64,000 nucleotides of DNA, taken from assembly GCF_009914755.1 (NCBI RefSeq), contig NC_060934.1; one strand, given 5' to 3'. The stretch comes from the human T2T-CHM13v2.0 reference genome, Homo sapiens. How positions within the stretch are numbered: the first letter of the stretch is position 1; each line of letters begins with the position of its first letter. This document shows positions 14,081 through 28,179 of this stretch, piece after piece. Under the pieces are notes generated by a model. It made no database searches. It was not told the origin of the DNA and worked only from the letters and a program-made list of their open reading frames with translations. A program made the position numbers and the translations under genes.

Positions 14081-15716
14081 GCCTCACCTGTTTTATGGGC
14101 AAGTCTGCCAGCTACAGTCCTATCAGGGCACCTATATTTCTAAGGACCTGGATGCCTGGATGTTTTTTCTCCCCAGGGCATATATCTCAATTACAAACCT
14201 GCAGGAAACAAAAAGTTTGTGGAGAGTCACAAAACATATTTGAAATGTATAAGACTTTCACCACAGGAAACTAGGCCTAACAAGTATTTTCCTGTGGAAC
14301 ACCCCTGGCTTTGATGAAACTCCCCATTCAATGTCTCTTTCCTCCTGCAAACTTTGCTAATAGCAGTGAAAATAAAAGCACAGATCCTATATTTACTTAA
14401 TGATCTTGGCTGCTTTAGACATGAGATAGCATTCCAAGAGAGCAAAGTGCTTTTTAACAAAATTCAACAAGACCCTGCCCTTTCCCCCGCCCTCCCACCT
14501 GGCCTCTGGAAGGAGGAAGGAATTTCTCATTCTCTGATCTTTTCGCCTGCCATGACCCCCAGGGCAATCCAGACAGTAAGACTGGCCATGCCTCCTGGTC
14601 ATGTCCCATACCTCATGTCCTCATGTGAGACCCCAGATGGGGGAGATGATCACATTTGAGTTACATTTGAGGCGGAGATTCAGGTGGGGGCCCAAAACAT
14701 GGCTGACATCCAGCCAGCATTCTTTGCTAGATGGAGCTGGGAATGGGGGGTTAACTTTTGTGAAAGTTTATTAGAGAATAAAGTAAGTGAGTTAATTAAA
14801 TTGGAGTGTGAAAGACATTTGGGTGGTGATGAGGAGGCGAGGTGATGATTTATTTATAATTGACAAGGTTGCATCTAGCTACTGGGATAGTAATTATACA
14901 CTTTATAAATGCGCAAAAAAAGTCCTTTCATGCGATGGAGGTTTAAGGGAAAATCCTGTCAGGGAAGTTTCTGTCTGCCCATGAGTATGACACCACCTCA
15001 AGAGCTGTTGGCCACTTGGCTTCTGCCAACCACAGCTGTAAGTTGGGGACTGAATAATCTCTAAATACCCTTCTAAAAATGAGGCCTTTTCTGGGAATCA
15101 GTACTTAGCCTCCATCTGCTTCTGATGATGTTTTCTTATCTCAATTCAGGGACAAAGAGGGATCCTTTATCTTGTGTCTGATTCTTTGTTTTTGTTTTAC
15201 TGATTCATATTCAAGTTCCAGCTCTTGGATCCTCCCTAATCAAGATGATAAGAAAGATGCTGCCCAATGCAGCATCTCATTTAAGGGTGAGCAGATGTGA
15301 ATTCAGACCCTAAATTTGGGAAAGTTCCTTAATCTCATCTGGAAAACAGGGATGGGGGTACCTAGCTGACGGGGTTGCTATAAGGACAGAACCTGGTGTA
15401 AAGGCAAGCCTGGTACCCAGTTAACACTCATTATCATGCACCTTAGGTTAAGTCATGGTAAAGGAAACGTTTCAGGTTAACTTCAGTCCCTTGATAACTG
15501 GGGATTCCAGCCTGACCTGTTTGCATAGAGTCTAGCTTGGCCCCTGTGACCAGCATTTGCCTCTCTAAGGGCTCCTAAGCACTCAGTTTTAAAATCCAAT
15601 CAAGAGTATTTCCAGAGATAAGCCACGACATCATTAGAATACAGATTACAGCATCCATCTTCTGACACCCACTGAGAAATTCTAACAAGCACAAGAAGTT
15701 CCAGAATGCTAGAGGT

Positions 15717-15722
15717 AAAAAA

Positions 15723-15765
<43 letters not shown>
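15717..15765 (+). repeat. (AAAT)n tetranucleotide microsatellite
   Basis: About 11 units, seen directly. Confidence 0.95.
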
Positions 15766-15766
<1 letters not shown>

Positions 15767-15794
15767 CTTATCTCACCATTCAAAGATTCTCCAA

Positions 15795-16590
15795 AGAAGT
15801 AGCATGGACTAGATCTCTCCTCCCACCTGAAACAACTAAAAATTCAGACAAGACAATGATTTTCAGACACTGGAGCTCAGTCAGGGGAAGACAGCAATCC
15901 CTGAGAGAGGAGAAACGAAGTGAGCCCTACAGTTGCCTCAACTTCCTGTCTGGAGAGAGCGTCCAAGTCACAGCAGAAAGAAGGAGGACCCCAGCAGGGC
16001 CCAGATGTCTCCCTGAGTTGAGGAGATGAAGGCTGGATTCCAGCAAGGCCAAGGAGGCTGGAATTCACAGGCCAGGGCAGCAAAAAGAACTGCCCAGTGA
16101 ATACTTGAGGTCAGCAGAGGGACCCCCTTGAGTCTTTAGCTAAGTATTGGTGGACACAGGCATGTGTGAAAGCTATCCAAGGTGGGGGAGAGAAACACCC
16201 TAAAGGAGCAGACAGAACATTTCCCAGAGTTTATACAGGGCTGGGAATGGTTCACCTTCCCACCAGCCAGAGTGGAAACCTCAAGCTCACAGAGCACCTG
16301 GTAGAGTACTGAGAATAGCAGCGTCTCTGTAGTGGGAAAAAATTAGCCCTAGATTAAGAGAGCTCTGGTTCCACCTAATAAAGCTCAAAGGCAAGACCCA
16401 AAAAAGATCAAACTGTTTCCATACAACTTGATCATGTCCCAGAAAATAAGCTCAAGAATGTTTTATAGGAGTACTAAGATATCCAGCAACCAACAAGGTA
16501 AAATTCACAATGTCTGGTATCCAATCAAAAACTACCAGGCATTCAAAAAGGCAAAAAAATTGAACCCATAATGAAAAAATAGTCCATCAA
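15795..16590 (+). mobile_element. L1M (L1M4/L1MC-type) 5' region fragment
   Basis: ctcccacctgaaacaactaaaaattcagacaa...acagcaatccctgagagaggagaaac...caacaaggtaaaattcacaatgtctggtatccaatcaaaaactaccaggcat. Confidence 0.8.
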
Positions 16591-16779
16591 AAGACTCCCC
16601 ACTTCTGCAACCACATCTACAGTGTATTTCAGGACCCAGCCATAGAGCCCCTCTGGTCCTAGAAATGCATTTCAAAGTGCCTCTCTAGCTCTGTGCAAGA
16701 GATTTTCTCTTTTTCATTCTAAAGACAGTAATCCTAGGTAGAAACAAGAGAGAGAAAAAAAACAGAAATGCTCACTTTC

Positions 16780-17200
16780 TAGTTTGTTTCTCTGTTTGCT
16801 AACAGTGTCACATTTCCCAAGCAGTGATACTCTCCCATCTCGTTCATCTTCTAATTCTCTGCCTATAATTTTACAAATGTCTGTGGCTATCTTTAGCAGT
16901 TTTCACCAGTTTTGTGTTTTAGCCACCTGACCCCCTTTCACTCTACCCTAAGTTAGATGACTCCTCATTCCTCATTCATAAAGTTCTGTCTGTTAAACCT
17001 AGAGTTGATCAGCGATCACGATACACGGACATGCTCTCTTCTTCAGATGCCCTCACATTTTCCTTCTTTACTTGGGGATTAACAATTTAATTTTTAATTA
17101 GTGGAGCATACTCAAAATGTCATGGTTGCAGCCTTCCATCACTCTTGGGCTATATTCTCTCTTAAGGTCTTCATATGGACTGCTGTCTAAAACAATCTAG
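16780..17200 (-). mobile_element. L3/CR1 LINE fragment
   Basis: ctgtttgctaacagtgtcacatttcccaagcagtg...tctttagcagttttc...ttttagccacctgac resembles reverse-strand CR1 ORF2. Confidence 0.6.
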
Positions 17201-18609
17201 AAGAGCAAGAAATCCAAAAATGGGCCCAAGTATCCTAGGGCTGTGGATCCAAGGCATCCATCCAATGTGAACTAGATAAACTGCAGTCTGTCTGCACCAT
17301 TGATCTTTCTGAGATGAGGGCACCTGAAAGAGTGGGCCAAGCCACTAGAACCCTGGACCCTCCACCACAGGTACCTTGTGGCAGTTGGCTTTAACTTCCT
17401 CCCTATCCTTGCCATATTAATCTTCATTCCCTGTAGTCATAAAGTTCTAGAAGAATATATCAGCTTTGATCTCTTTCAGTTATTCATGCATTCTTTCATT
17501 TAAGTAAACAGATATTTACTGAGTACCTACCATGTGCTTGGCAATACTTTCCAATCTTCAGAACCGGGCTCTCACACCAAGCCCAAGCACAGGCAGCTAC
17601 CCTTACTCCTACTCAAAAATGTGAAGAGGCTGAGGCTTCTAAAATAGAAAAAGTCACCAGCTCAGGGTCAAATAATTAATGGAACTCGAACCCAGGACTC
17701 CTAGACCCAAGCCTCTCCTGGCCAAGTCTCATTCACTGCAATCACAGGTCCAGCCTGGTCACGATGATGAGTGGGACTGTACCCTGCCCTCCCTGCCCAG
17801 CCCATTCTAGGCTTCCTCAGAATTCCCTACTTTGAGTGCTCCTTTGCCATGTGAGGCTCAGTGATTTCCTTCTCCGAGTCCACTCACATTTGATAGGCTC
17901 CTATGAAATGTAGGTGAGCTTCACCTGAATCTGCACCTGTCCTCATTGCTAAGGTGATGAGCTAGTGTCAAGAAAGGCTGAGGGATCCAAGGATGAACTC
18001 AGGCAGGGCTTGAGGCCACTACTCCCGGTTCCCCTCCTCTCTTCCCCATGAATCACCTTCAAGGACACTTCCATCAAACCTGACTCACACAGAAGGCCCA
18101 GACCTGAGAAATGACCAGCCCCTGGGCCAGAGCAGAGAGCCAGAAGGCAATTCCCTCCCCCATCACTGCTGCACTGGGTGGAAATTGGGTCAGAGCTGGC
18201 CAGCCCATTCATTTAATCCAAACGCCCCCTTTCCATTCAGCTCTTAGTCCTCAGAGCTTTCAGTCCAAGGAAGCACTATTTCCTCTGCAAAATAAACAAA
18301 ATAAATTAAGCCCATGCTCTTTGATCTCAGGGCTTTTGTGTGGCTGATGAATTGAACAGAAATGATCTGCCATCCTCCTGGCATCTCAAAGACACTGCAA
18401 AAATTCAGCTGTAGCTTCCAGCCACCTGCCAGGCACTGTGCTGACAAGGAAGCATGGCTAAGGAAGGCACTCTTTGCCACCCATTCTCCCAGGGAAGCAA
18501 GAAGAGTCTGCAGGAGGCACGACAGGGGAAGTCAAAAGAGTCAAAGACTGTGAGGCAGGATTCGTCTTTGGCCACATAGGCATGGATTCTTCTTCCTCTG
18601 CTCATTCCC

Positions 18610-18980
18610 ACCCCAGGGACTTTGCACTGGCTTTTGTCCCCATGTGGCATACTTTCTCTGGAGACCTTGGAAAGCTGGCTCCTTCTCATCCTTCTCATGT
18701 CAGCTTGCACAGGACCTCCGGAGAGAAACCTTTCCCATCAAAAGTAGCCCCCAGACTCTACCCGCATCACTGTCTGCCAGCCCCCTACTCTATTATCTCC
18801 ACACTTATCATAATCAGAAATGACCTTGTTGCTGCATTTGTTCTCTTGTTTGTTTTCTGTTTCCACTTCTACCTCCGTGACAGCAGGGACATCATCTATC
18901 TTGATCAGTGCCATATCCCCGGCAGTTAGCAAAACGTCTGGCATATGGCAGGTGCAAGGCAAATGTTTGCTGAAGGAGGG
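18610..18980 (+). mobile_element. L2 3' fragment
   Basis: cagggactttgcactggct...gctggctccttctcatcct...tctggcatatggcaggtgc...aaatgtttgctgaa. Confidence 0.75.
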
Positions 18981-19354
18981 AGGCTGCATGGAGGAGACTG
19001 GGCCCTCTTTCCAGTGCCAGCTCTGCCTGCATCGAGCACTATGTGGCGCATCTAGACCAGGATCCACATCCATGGTGTGGTTTCCCCAGGCTGCAGAAGT
19101 GCACTGTGGAAGCAGGTCTGTGTGCTTGAGATCAGGGAAAGCTGACCAAGAAGATGGGACACAGTTGATTCTGGAGAGGCAGGGAACAGACAGGGGACTC
19201 TCCTAACAGGCTGGATCTTCCAGGACAGTTGAAGGACAACATCCAGTAGGACCCTAGACCAAGAGTATAGACACTGTCGCTATGGGTGTTTCTCTGAGCC
19301 CTGAGACTTCCCATGTTTAAGATAAGCTGGTTGGATTACTGGTTATTGATTATG

Positions 19355-19515
19355 TTGAATCTTTTGGTGGCACAGACCAACTTGAGAATCTGAAGATATC
19401 AACTTTCTTTCTGGAGAAATGCATGTGCTTACATAGAGACAAAATATGCCTGCACTTCCTAGAAGGGCAAGGACCCCTCCGAAGTTCATTCACAGCCCCA
19501 GGATGACAGCCTCTC
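19355..19515. mobile_element. hAT-Charlie-type MITE relic (family uncertain)
   Basis: cttttggtggcacagaccaacttgagaatctgaag...tggagaaatgcat...gacccctccgaag. Confidence 0.45.
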
Positions 19516-19569
19516 ACTTAAAGGCTCTTGGGCCGCCCTGCTAGTCATTGGCCTGCTTGCTCTGAGACC

Positions 19570-20075
19570 CAGTCTTTACCCCTCGTCTGTAGACTGTGGA
19601 CTACACTCCCCAGGCTCCCTCGCTCTTTCTTCTAGGGAAGTTTGTTCTATTCAGCAGGAATGCAGGCAGAAGTCTGCAGGGTGGGGGCAGGCAGAAACCA
19701 GGACATTTCTCCCTCCTTCTGCATTTGGTGGCATCTCCAGATAGAGAACATGTCCATCATTATATCTATCACCTCTGGGTATCCTGCCCTCCCCAGAGTC
19801 CTTTCCTCTGTGATCCTGCCCAGCCCAGCAGGCCTTCTGTAGTTCCAGCATCCGCCAGGTGCTGCTGGATCCTGAGTTCTAGAAAACCAGCTCCTCCCTT
19901 CCCCCTCTAGCCCTAGGATGCTAGCAGCTTCCTGCCATTGCTATTCTCTGGGCTGCCTCTCCATTTTTTGCTTGGCTTTTTATCTCCTTGGACACCTTTA
20001 TAACTAGTTCCCCATATAAACTCCTTCTACTAGATATTTTGGCATGAACTCTGGGTTTCCTCTGGGGTCCCTGGT
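19570..20075 (+). mobile_element. ERVL solo LTR (LTR33-like)
   Basis: ggactacactccccaggctccct...ccccctctagccctaggatgctagcagcttcctgccattgcta...taactagttcccc. Confidence 0.65.
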
Positions 20076-20916
20076 GGGATCAGCCTCCCTCCAGCACGGG
20101 CATTCTGAGAGCCTGGTAGCTTCCTGGAAAGGCCAATCTGAGCTGAATTAACAAATCCCTAGGAAGGTCAAGAAGATGGAGGGGCTGGGAAAACCCATGT
20201 TGCCTGCGAGTGCAGTGCCTCCATCCTGTCTGGTTCCATTCCAGGAAAAAAAGTTATATAGGAAAAGCCTCACAATCGCAATGTAGTTAAAAACTGTTTA
20301 CTGCCTTTTTCTAAATGAGGGAAACAAATGTAAGGCCCAGAGCAGCCTCCCATCAAATCATGCTCTTGCTCAGATCAAACGGCAGCCCGAGTGAATATTC
20401 CTAGAGTTCCTACTTGGGAGCTCACGCTAGCTACTAAGTCCTCCCTGCCAAAAAGACCCGATTATACAAAGTGGGGCAGCAGGAAAGCCAGTCTTGTAGC
20501 ATCAAAGAAACACACTGTCTGAATTCCATCAGCCACAAGCAGGCATCCTCCACCCAGGGATAATGCAGCCAGGGCACTGTGCCCCAGAATGGCCCCACCC
20601 ATGCAGGAGGGCACCTTCCCTCCTCACTGTGCTGGCTTCTTTTAACAAATAGCCCTATCTATGAGCTCCCTTGTTCCTTCCAACCATTCTAAAGATAGGG
20701 CAGGCACCAAGGCCAGGGGTATGGGCAGGTCCTCCTCCCTGAGGACCAAGGCACAGAGAGTTTCCAAGGCCACACAGCCACTTGGAAGCAGAGCTGGGAT
20801 TAGAACCCTGCCTGGACAGGGAATGACTTCAACTTACACACATGAACAAACACGAATCTCAACTCCCTGTTATGGTGGGGTTCCCCAGACACACATGCAT
20901 GGTAGAGATTTCAGTG

Positions 20917-20997
20917 CAAATTTAATCATTTGAAAATACTGACATTCAACCATTTTTTAACCTCAAAAATGGCAATTTCATGTGGCTTACATGAATA
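20917..20997. mobile_element. MADE2-like Tc1/mariner MITE (~80 bp)
   Basis: catttgaaaatactgacattcaaccattttttaacctcaaaaatggcaatttcatgtgg resembles recalled MADE2. Confidence 0.55.
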
Positions 20998-21149
20998 GTT
21001 TATTTGGGTAGTGATCCCAGGGGAGAACCAGCTGGGGAGTGGGGAAATAAAATGGGAAAGTGAGAGGGCAGGGTTTGTTAATGGTCAGGACACTGCTGCA
21101 GACAACCAAGGCTCAATGCCACTGGAGACCTCTGGGAGATGGGGCAGAA

Positions 21150-21346
21150 CCACCCTGTCCAACATGGAAGGCACCAGCCACATTGAGCTATCTACATTTA
21201 AATTACTTGAATTGAAAAACTTAGTTCCTCAGTCCACTAGCCAAATTCCAAAAGCTCAATAACCACAGATGGCTGGTGGCTATCATATTGGACAGCACAC
21301 ATACAGAACATTTCCATCATTACAGAAAATCATAGGGGTAGCACTG
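21150..21346 (-). mobile_element. MER3 hAT-Charlie MITE
   Basis: ctgtccaacatgg...agttcctcagtccactagcca...ggctatcatattggacagcac...agaacatttccatcattacagaaa. Confidence 0.85.
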
Positions 21347-22124
21347 GCATAGACCATGCCTCAGAGCTGTGTCATCTGAGGGGTAGAATCTGGGGTATTT
21401 ATACTCCCATTAGGGTCTATCATTGGCAAGGGCTGCACCTGGGGGTATTTGCTGCAGGCACTTCCAGATGTCTTGGCTCACACTGGTAGGGGGAGGGAAG
21501 GCACTGACAGTAGGGGCATTTGAGTGGGATAGGAATAGAGTGGCCTGGGGGCATGGGCAGGGCATTCACAGCCTCTGCCACAATCACCAGCCCTTCCTGC
21601 ACATCACCTCTGCTCTTGTTGAAGCACCTCTGGATGCAGGCATTTTGACAGCTTCTTCGCAATGGGAATGTGGCCCCAGAATCCTCTGACCTGATGACAA
21701 GCCATTCTCCCTGGAGACAACACACAGAGAGAGACACAATCCAGGCCTTCCAAGCATTTGTGATCTACAGCAGGCAGCTGGGACACAGACCACAGCATGC
21801 AGCAACTATACAAACACTGACTAATAAGCTAAAATCGGAAATCTTTATGGAGAAACCCTTGTGAGCAGTGCCTGGCTAACAGCATGTAGGTGTTGCCTCC
21901 AAGAACTGTCTAGCATTTGAGAGACACAGTTGGAGACTGAGCGTCCCCATTAGGCAGGCTGGTCCCCGAATACCCACATTATTGTGGTAATCAAAACACA
22001 GCTTTGAGACATCACTGTGCTGGTCACAAACCTGGCAAGGTCAAGAAAGTGCTCTGAAGACCAGCACCCAAAATCTTCACAGCTTAGCCTTCCTCCCAGG
22101 GGCCCGCTCTTGGCATAGCACAGT

Positions 22125-22590
22125 GGCCAGAACACAGACTCTCTGGAGCCCACTGCCTGAGGTCATGTCTCATCTCCTCCTTCCTCACTGCGTGGCCTTA
22201 GGCGCACTATTTGATCTCTCTGAGCCTGCATTTCCTCATCTATAAAGTGGACACAATAACAATAACTTTCCAATATGGTTGTCAAGAAAATTAAATGAGC
22301 CCATGCTTTTAAAGATCTTATAAGAAGGATGGCAAACTTTTTCCATAAAGAGCCAGATAGCAAATATTCTATGGCATTGCAGGTCACACAGACTCTCACA
22401 ACCTCTCACTTCGGTCCTTGTAGCTCCAAACCAGCCATAGGCAATATGTAAACAAATGGATGTTCCAATAAAACTTTATTTATAAAATCAGGTAGTGAGC
22501 CAGATTTGCCCTGCAGGCCATAGTTTACTAACCCCTATCTTAGAATGATTCCTGCTCTACAGTGAGTGCTATATGAATGTTCGTTGATAA
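22125..22590 (+). mobile_element. MIR SINE interrupted by MER58A
   Basis: cagactctctggagcccactgcctg...ctctgagcctgcatttcctcatctataaagtgg...ttaaatgag; resumes after 22537. Confidence 0.8.
22324..22537 (+). mobile_element. MER58A hAT-Charlie MITE
   Basis: ggcaaactttttccataaagagccagatagcaaatatt...tgttccaataaaactttattta...ggccatagtttactaacccct; 8-bp TSD tcttataa / tcttagaa. Confidence 0.9.
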
Positions 22591-22689
22591 AGTCTGCTGC
22601 GCTCTCCCACCTCTCAGATTCTTCCTGTATTATTATTCTCTCTGCCTCCCTCTCCACCCATCCTTTAAGACCAAGCTCAAGTAGCCTTC

Positions 22690-23600
<911 letters not shown>

Positions 23601-23774
23601 CTTTTTTTTTTTTTCAAAAAAGAGGCCTCCCTGGACCCTCCCTCTTTTCTTAGCCACATCCTTAGACCACTTCCAAGTTGCTCTTCTGTGGTGACCCTTG
23701 CCCCACCCTGCTATTTGTGGGGCAACTTGTTTCGCTGTAGAATTTCATTGTTCCTGTTAAATGATGAGATGATC

Positions 23775-23885
23775 CAATGTCTTCATTTTACAGGGAGGGA
23801 AGCAAGGCCCAGAGAAGCCAAGCGACTTATTCAAGGTCACACAGTGACGGCAGAGTCAGGACCAGACATGGATGTGTCTTGATTC
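23775..23885 (-). mobile_element. MIR SINE
   Basis: cattttacagggagggaagcaaggcccagaga...gacttattcaaggtcacacag. Confidence 0.75.
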
Positions 23886-24354
23886 ATGATTCAGTACAGT
23901 CTTGGGCTTAAGGAGATTTCAATACTGAGGAGAGTGGGGACACAGATCACCCAGCCTTCTACCCTTGATTTAGGGCTGGACTAGGTCACCCCTCCACAGA
24001 GGTTCCTTACTTCCTGCCTCAGCACCCCTCCAGGCAGAACACTTACGGGGCTTGTTGCCCCAACTAGACAGGTCTGGCTCACTTCTGAGTCTGTCACATA
24101 TCCAGCATGGGCCCAGGCACGCTCCAGATGCAATAGTGTTGACCCTGTGTGCTTTGTCTTCCTCTTCCTTCCCCGTGAGTCTGCCCATTGCCCCGGGGAC
24201 ACCCAGGACAGACTCACAGATCTTCCCCAGGGGACATGTCCTGTTCATGCCTATCTAAGTCATCAAAGGCAAATTCCAGAGCAGCCTATAGCCAGGGCTG
24301 TGTGGGGACTCCCCACTGACTATGGGGCTTCACAGAGGCACAGCCCAAAGTACC

Positions 24355-24965
24355 ATGCTCACAGACACACAAATTCAGACACACACATGCACACACACAC
24401 ACAAGCAGACACATGCACACACTAATATAAACAACACAGACACACATACACATACACACGGACACGGACACACACAGAAACATGCACACACTAACATAAA
24501 CACATACATGCACACACATACACGCATGCACACAATGAAACAGGCACACAGACACATGCACACTAACATAAATACACACAGCACATATACTCAGATAGAT
24601 GCACACACCTAAACACAAATATACACATGTATACCCACACTGATGCTAACACATACACACATGAGCACACACACACATACACAGAAACATATATACACTT
24701 AAATACATATATGCATGGAGAAACAAATGCATACATGTGCACACACACACTTAGACGTAAAAACACATATATTTACAAACAAACACAAATGTATGCACTC
24801 AAATAGACATATAAATACACATGCATACACACAGACATGTAAACATACATACACGTAAACATACACACATCTATAGATGCTCATGTGCTCACAGAGACCC
24901 TTATATACCTATGCACACATGGATAAACACACACACCCTCACACATGCACTTACACACTGTGTGA
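24355..24965 (+). repeat. Degenerate (CA)n/(CATA)n low-complexity tract
   Basis: About 600 bp of CA/TA-rich sequence. Confidence 0.95.
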
Positions 24966-26307
24966 TGTTTTTAGCTTTTACCTTTACAGACAGACATGGG
25001 AGCTTTCCCTGGAAGATGTAAGGTCCCTGGGAAAGGGACTGTGCCCTGGGCTCTCCCCCGGGAGAGAGTCCCGCCCACCCACAGCATCTGCCTGGTGTCT
25101 TGAACACAACTAGTGCTCACGTTTCCTCAATGGACGGATGAATGAAGTCGTCTCATGCCTGGGCCTTGGGTCCATGGGGAGAGCTTGGCTCAGGAAGCCG
25201 GTGCTGCCTCTATCACCTCTGAGTTTCCAAGCCATACTCTCTCACCCCATCCCAGCTTGGGAAACAGCCAGCATCTTGCTGGCCTCTTGGTGGAGTGTTG
25301 CTGATCCATGCCTCTGCCAGAGGTGGGAGAAACCTCGATGAAACTCAAACCAAGTCTTGACTTATCTAGGGATGGCTGAAGGTCCTCCTGGGGTGGGGAG
25401 AAGGTGGAAGAAACCACTGACTAAAGTGGTCCTGGCCCCATTCTCCCAGCATGTAGGTTTTCTGGCTGGACTTTACAAGTAAAAACCACAGTGAGGAGCT
25501 CACTTCTACCTGAGGTAACACAGTGCATGGCCCCCACCTGCTTCCCTTCATATCACTATCTTGCAAAACTGGCTCAGAGAGAGCCTCCTGGCCCTGCGTA
25601 GCCTGGGAAGATACCACCCACCATCATTTGTTACCTCCCCACAGTGGGAAGGTGAAGGGCTTAGGAGACCTGCTTCTTGGCACCATCACACTGTACTGTG
25701 TTGTCACCCTATCTGGACCTCAGTGTTTCCTCTGCTTCTATAAAACGGGGTGAATAACCTTTGCCTCCTAAATACCAAGGATACAGCATCAAGGAGAAAG
25801 GACTCTGACCTCACAGGAGGTGGGACCAAGGAGAGGGGCAACTCACAAAAGCCTGAGGAAGAACATTCTTTGGTGGCACCTCCCTGATGAGCAGAGAGGA
25901 GCCGCTCTGCAAGTTAAGTAATTGATGGAGCACACGCTAAAAATACAAACTAGGTTAGCACTCAGGGTGGTTTATTGCTCCAAGAGGGAGTTAATTCAGG
26001 CACTCAAATCTCCATGGAACAGGGACTGTGAGCCCAGAGCAGCAGACTCCTGAGCCAGGAGGCCTCATGCAACCCAGCTGAGAAGTGCTGTTTACTTAAA
26101 GGCTGAGCAAGACGGAACCAGAGAAAATGGGCTGGGGAAGCATAGGGGGTGGCAGAGAAGGGAGTGCCCAGGCCTTAGGAGCATGAGGGAAAGAAAGGAG
26201 GCAACATGCAAATTAGTAACAGGAAGTGGGACAGGCGACAGGAGCTGGAAGGGCTACTCCCTCCTAGATTGGGCTGCAAAGACCCCAGCCTCCCAGCTTT
26301 CTGGAGC

Positions 26308-26465
26308 CCCTTGCTATTCCAAGTAAGCTCCAGAGACCAGCGGCATCTGCATCACCAGGGCTCTCATCAGAAAAACAGAATCTCAGACCCCACCCTAGAC
26401 CTCCCGAATATACATTGCCACAAGATCCTCAGATTTCCTGTGCACACTAAAGTTTGAGAAGCACA
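26308..26465. mobile_element. MER5-type hAT MITE
   Basis: gaccagcggcatctgcatcacc...cagaatctcagaccccaccctagacc...cactaaagtttgagaagcac. Confidence 0.8.
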
Positions 26466-26969
26466 AGATTAGGAGTCAAAATCCCTGAGTTCCTGGTCCA
26501 GCTATTGCTATCAAATTGCTGTGTGGTTTTGCAGGACTTGCTTGACCTCTCTGGGTGCTAGAATTTCTTCCTCTGGGCTACAGGATGAGTGAGGCTTGTT
26601 TCTTTCTCCTGGGTTCTGAGAGGCTCAAGTCAGACCCTTCATCTGCAGGCCTCGGAAGCATGGGAGGGCCTTTACAGAAAAACGTTTCCATTTTCTACCA
26701 GGCTGCCCCCTTCCGCTTTCTTGGAGTCATTAGTACACAGAGAGGTAGATGGGGAGATGATCCTTGAAGGACACACTGCAGTCAGGAAGAAGACTTCTTA
26801 ATGTCATTTTAAGCCTTGATATCTCTCCATTAAAAAAAAAAAATTATAAAGCAGCCTCTTGCTAATGGGGAAGCAGCGGGTCTGAGTCATGCTAAGTAAG
26901 CCAGAGCATTTCATCTGGAAATCCCTGGTCTGGTGTTACCCATTGCCTTTGGGACATTCAATATCACTA

Positions 26970-27075
26970 CTGCACTTGAGAAATGTGGCTTCTGGGGCTC
27001 AGAGAGGTTAAGTGAGTGGGTCAGAGTCACACAGCCAGTGAGAAACAGGGCCAGGACGGGAAGCCAGGCTCCCGG
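26970..27075 (-). mobile_element. MIR SINE
   Basis: ctggggctcagagaggttaagtga...gtcacacagccagtgagaaacagggccagga. Confidence 0.75.
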
Positions 27076-27825
27076 CCCTCTAAGAGAAACTCTTTTAAGT
27101 ACCTCAAGGTGCCCACGTCCTTGACAGCTGACCCAGACTGGTGTGAGGACAGGAAGGGAAAAGACATTCTGACTATTGCCTGAGTTGGACAGAGTTAAGA
27201 GGATAAATCTGGGAGGATATGATATCACAAGGGTTCAGATAGAAAGTTTCTAAATTATTGCTTAACTTGTTTCATCAAATGAATTGCTTCCCTCCATTAG
27301 CCCAGGGCTGAAGTGGCCAATTACCTGCCTTCTGCACAGGACGACGGCCGTGTATAAATCAACTTGGGTAGGTAACAAAGGAATAGCCAAAATTCTAAAA
27401 CAAAAATAGATGAGAGACTTAAGCACACCCCAAAATAAAACACACACACACTCGGTAACTCAAGTATTAAGTTCTGAGACGGCCAGGCCTGAGTCCCTCT
27501 CGGCCTCCATCCAGAGACCAAACATACAGTCTCTGATGATGCTGAGCGTGGCAATGAGGCCTTTGCATAGGCCACGATCCCTGCAGCAAACTGCGTTGCC
27601 TTCCCTGGGCTTTGGGAAGGACACTTAAGGCTGGAGATTCAACTAAGTGCAAAGCTGGTACCTGCAGACCCAGGGGCACCAGTCAGTCTACAGCTATGGA
27701 GGGTGTTTTAATGCAAATGGTAAGGCAACTTTGCTGGTCCCTCCTTCTGGCTCCAGGATGGCACCTCCTGGGGCTGCTGGGCTTTTCCCAGGTCTTAAAA
27801 GGAATTCTGGTATTACAGAAATACT

Positions 27826-28053
27826 CAGAGTTTTGGAGTTAGAACAGCCTGAGTTTGATTCTGGATGCTGCCACTCACTAGCTGTATCTGCCTTGGGTGA
27901 GCCATTTAAACATACTGAACCACAGCTTTCTCATCTGCAAAATGGGGATAATAACAATGCCAGTGTCAGAGGGCTATCAAGAGGATTGAATAAGGTTAAC
28001 ATATACAAAGCACCCTATCGGCACCTGGCAAACAGCAGGCATTTAATGAGTGT
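27826..28053 (+). mobile_element. MIR SINE, near full length
   Basis: ttttggagttaga...gccactcactagctgt...tctcatctgcaaaatggggataataac...gaggattgaataag...cctggca. Confidence 0.88.
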
Positions 28054-28179
28054 GGGCTCCCTCCAACATAGACTAGAAAAACTGGTCGAGGGGTAGCCTC
28101 TCCCTAGGAATATTCTCTTCCTTTATACATTACATTAAGAGGGTGAACCAGTCCAAGCCAGATTCCCAATTCCATCCTT

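Larger units (their letters stand above)
20880..21480 (-). mobile_element. Old ERVL/MaLR-type LTR fragment interrupted by two DNA MITEs
   Basis: gagatttcagtgcaaa|tagtttatttgggtagtgatcccagg...ggggagtggggaa...ggctcaatgccactggagacctctgggaga. Confidence 0.5.
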
